Of a DNA stretch of 41,888 bases, positions 40,330 through 41,888 are shown in pieces. Position numbers and translations under genes: made by a program. Source of the stretch: an uncultured Bacilli bacterium (GTDB lineage Bacteria; Bacillota_I; Bacilli_A; RF39; UBA660); assembly GCA_947628485.1 (NCBI GenBank), contig CANRAA010000003.1:1-41888 (forward strand). The letters are read 5' to 3'. The notes under the pieces are model-generated. The model made no database searches. It was not told the DNA's origin and worked only from the letters and a program-made list of their open reading frames with translations. Numbering within the stretch: position 1 is the stretch's first letter; every line of letters starts with the position of its first letter.

Positions 40330-41382
40330 ATGAAGAATAATGAAAAATGGAACATGGAATTATCTGAATATATTAAACAAAATGAACCTAGTCAAAAAGA
40401 AAAAGCTAAAATTTGGAAAACGGCAATTGGACTTCAAGATGTTGATGGATTAAAACCTTCACAATATTTAATAGAAACTGCTAAAGAACATATTGAAGGA
40501 AATATTAGTATTGATGAAGTAAAGAAAAGAATAGATGATTATTATAAAATAGAAAATAATCGTAAGTTAGAAAGCACTAGTGAAGAAGCTGATAAAGTTT
40601 CGGCTAGAATAACTGAAATTTTAAGTGAAAATAGTTTTAATTTTAATATTTTTGAATTAATTAGTATTCATTTAAGATTATTTAAAGGAATATATAAAGA
40701 AGCTGGTAAGATTAGAAATTATAATTTTACTAAAAAAGAATGGATTTTAAATGATGATACAGTAATATATTCTTCATTTAAAACTATAAAAGAAACTTTA
40801 GAGTATGATTTAGATCAAGAAAGAAATTTTTCATATAAAGATTTATCTTTAGAAGAATCAATAAAACACATTGCCAGATTTACCGCTAATATTTGGCAAG
40901 TACATCCTTTTTGTGAAGGAAATACAAGAACAACAGCGGTCTTTATCATAAAATATTTAAGAACATTTGGTTTTAAGATAAATGACGATGTATTTGCAGA
41001 AAATTCATGGTATTTTAGAAATTCATTAGTTAGAGCCAATTATAAAAATTTTGAAAAAAACATTTTTGAAGATACATCTTATTTAGAAAAGTTCTTCTTT
41101 AATTTATTAAGTGATACTAAATATGAACTTAAAAATAGATATATCCACATAGATTACAAGAATAAGAAATATAAGCCAAATTCAAATAATAAAAAGTATA
41201 CTTTAGAAGAACAAGCAATTATAAATATCATAAAACTAAATGAATCAATTAAACAAGAAGAAATTGCTAAGGAAATAAATAAATCACTTAGAACAGTAAA
41301 ATCTATAATGAAGGGAATGCAAGAGAAGGGTATGATTACTCGTATCGGTGGGAAGAAGAATGGTAAATGGATGGTTTTATAG
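40330..41382 (+). CDS. Fic family protein with VbhA-like N-terminus and C-terminal winged HTH
   Basis: AIGLQDVDGLKPS, HPFCEGNTRT, QEEIAKEI..S.RTV...RIGGKKNGKW. Confidence 0.88.
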   Translation: MKNNEKWNMELSEYIKQNEPSQKEKAKIWKTAIGLQDVDGLKPSQYLIETAKEHIEGNISIDEVKKRIDDYYKIENNRKLESTSEEADKVSARITEILSENSFNFNIFELISIHLRLFKGIYKEAGKIRNYNFTKKEWILNDDTVIYSSFKTIKETLEYDLDQERNFSYKDLSLEESIKHIARFTANIWQVHPFCEGNTRTTAVFIIKYLRTFGFKINDDVFAENSWYFRNSLVRANYKNFEKNIFEDTSYLEKFFFNLLSDTKYELKNRYIHIDYKNKKYKPNSNNKKYTLEEQAIINIIKLNESIKQEEIAKEINKSLRTVKSIMKGMQEKGMITRIGGKKNGKWMVL

Positions 41383-41476
41383 AAAAGTTAAAACTATTAG
41401 AGTATAATTAATACATTAAATTTGATTAAGCTAACAAAATTAAGGTAATTACATATCTTATAATAGGTGATATACT

Positions 41477-41545
41477 ATGGATGAAAGAGCAACTAAAAAG
41501 GTGGTAATTGATGCTGGACATGGAGGTATCGGTTTAGCCCAATAA
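41477..41545 (+). pseudogene. 5' fragment of N-acetylmuramoyl-L-alanine amidase (Amidase_3)
   Basis: AGGTGA RBS; MDERATKKVVIDAGHGG then IGLAQ*. Confidence 0.75.
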
Positions 41546-41647
41546 AATTATAGAATGACTATAAATGCTGGTAAATACAAGAGTTTAAGGTACTTGATAA
41601 AAGTATCTTTTATTATAATTAAATTCGATTAGCGCGCTAAAAATAAG

Positions 41648-41688
41648 CACAAACATCGGTAATTGGTTGTTAATTACCGATGTTTGTG
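41648..41688. promoter_or_regulatory. 17-bp perfect inverted repeat upstream of the AbiEi-like gene
   Basis: CACAAACATCGGTAATT-N7-AATTACCGATGTTTGTG. Confidence 0.7.
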
Positions 41689-41717
41689 ATAAAATTGTAA
41701 TATGAGGAAGTGATAAT

Positions 41718-41888
41718 ATGCTTTATTCTTATAAAGAACTTTTAAAAATTGAAAAAAGCAGATATAATATCGAAAAAAAATTAAAAAAGAAAGAAATATT
41801 TAAAGTTGAAAATGGTATTTATTCAACAAAAGAAATAGTCAATCCAACTCTCATATATGCTAAAAAATATCCGAATGCTATTGTAACA
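41718..41888 (+). CDS. Probable AbiEi-like type IV TA antitoxin, truncated by the window end
   Basis: GAGGAAG RBS; MLYSYKEL...IFKVENGIYS...KKYPNAIV; upstream inverted repeat fits autoregulation. Confidence 0.55.
   Translation, partial: MLYSYKELLKIEKSRYNIEKKLKKKEIFKVENGIYSTKEIVNPTLIYAKKYPNAIVT

Noticed and set aside
5792-41039. Short ORFs nested in or antisense to long genes (e.g. 5792, 7172, 7835, 8029, 12576, 17183, 17385, 18094, 20697, 23558, 25897, 27043-28314, 29231, 30360, 34339, 34807, 36072, 37989, 40815)
   Set aside because: Shadow frames of well-supported genes with no recognisable motifs
1-41888. CRISPR array, rRNA or prophage structural genes
   Set aside because: No regularly spaced repeats, rRNA-like sequence or phage structural motifs seen
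31529-41888. Duplicated tRNA-His 3' end marking an integrated element
   Set aside because: Not found within the window

Overview
AT-rich chromosomal window from a low-GC Firmicute (gene content suggests an uncultured gut Bacilli lineage such as RF39; inference only), standard code 11. Housekeeping genes (ABC-F, acyl-CoA dehydratase/activase trio, cyclophilin, uvrA, lgt, trxB, UgtP-like glycosyltransferase, tRNA-His) are interleaved with accessory material. Main points: (1) Three paralogous secreted proteins (21145, 26869, 28339) end in ~100-nt GC-rich variable segments that look like diversity-generating retroelement (DGR) target regions. No RT or template was seen in the window. Their two operons share a conserved leader, one gene is frameshifted at a G9 tract, and one cassette lies between 18-bp direct repeats. 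(2) A two-gene, three-domain dCTP deaminase has its catalytic motifs divided between degenerate domains, suggesting one composite active site. (3) A radical SAM/SPASM gene is paired with a 5-hmdU-kinase-helical (aGPT-Pplase1-like) gene, suggesting base modification. (4) Downstream of tRNA-His lie a ligase-less LigD, a TnpB remnant, a type I R-M system with frameshifted hsdR and a Fic gene. (5) At the right end an amidase gene with a sporulation-type promoter is cut after IDAGHGG and followed by an AbiEi-like gene, suggesting a gene-intervening element. All family calls come from motif recognition by eye; no database search was run.
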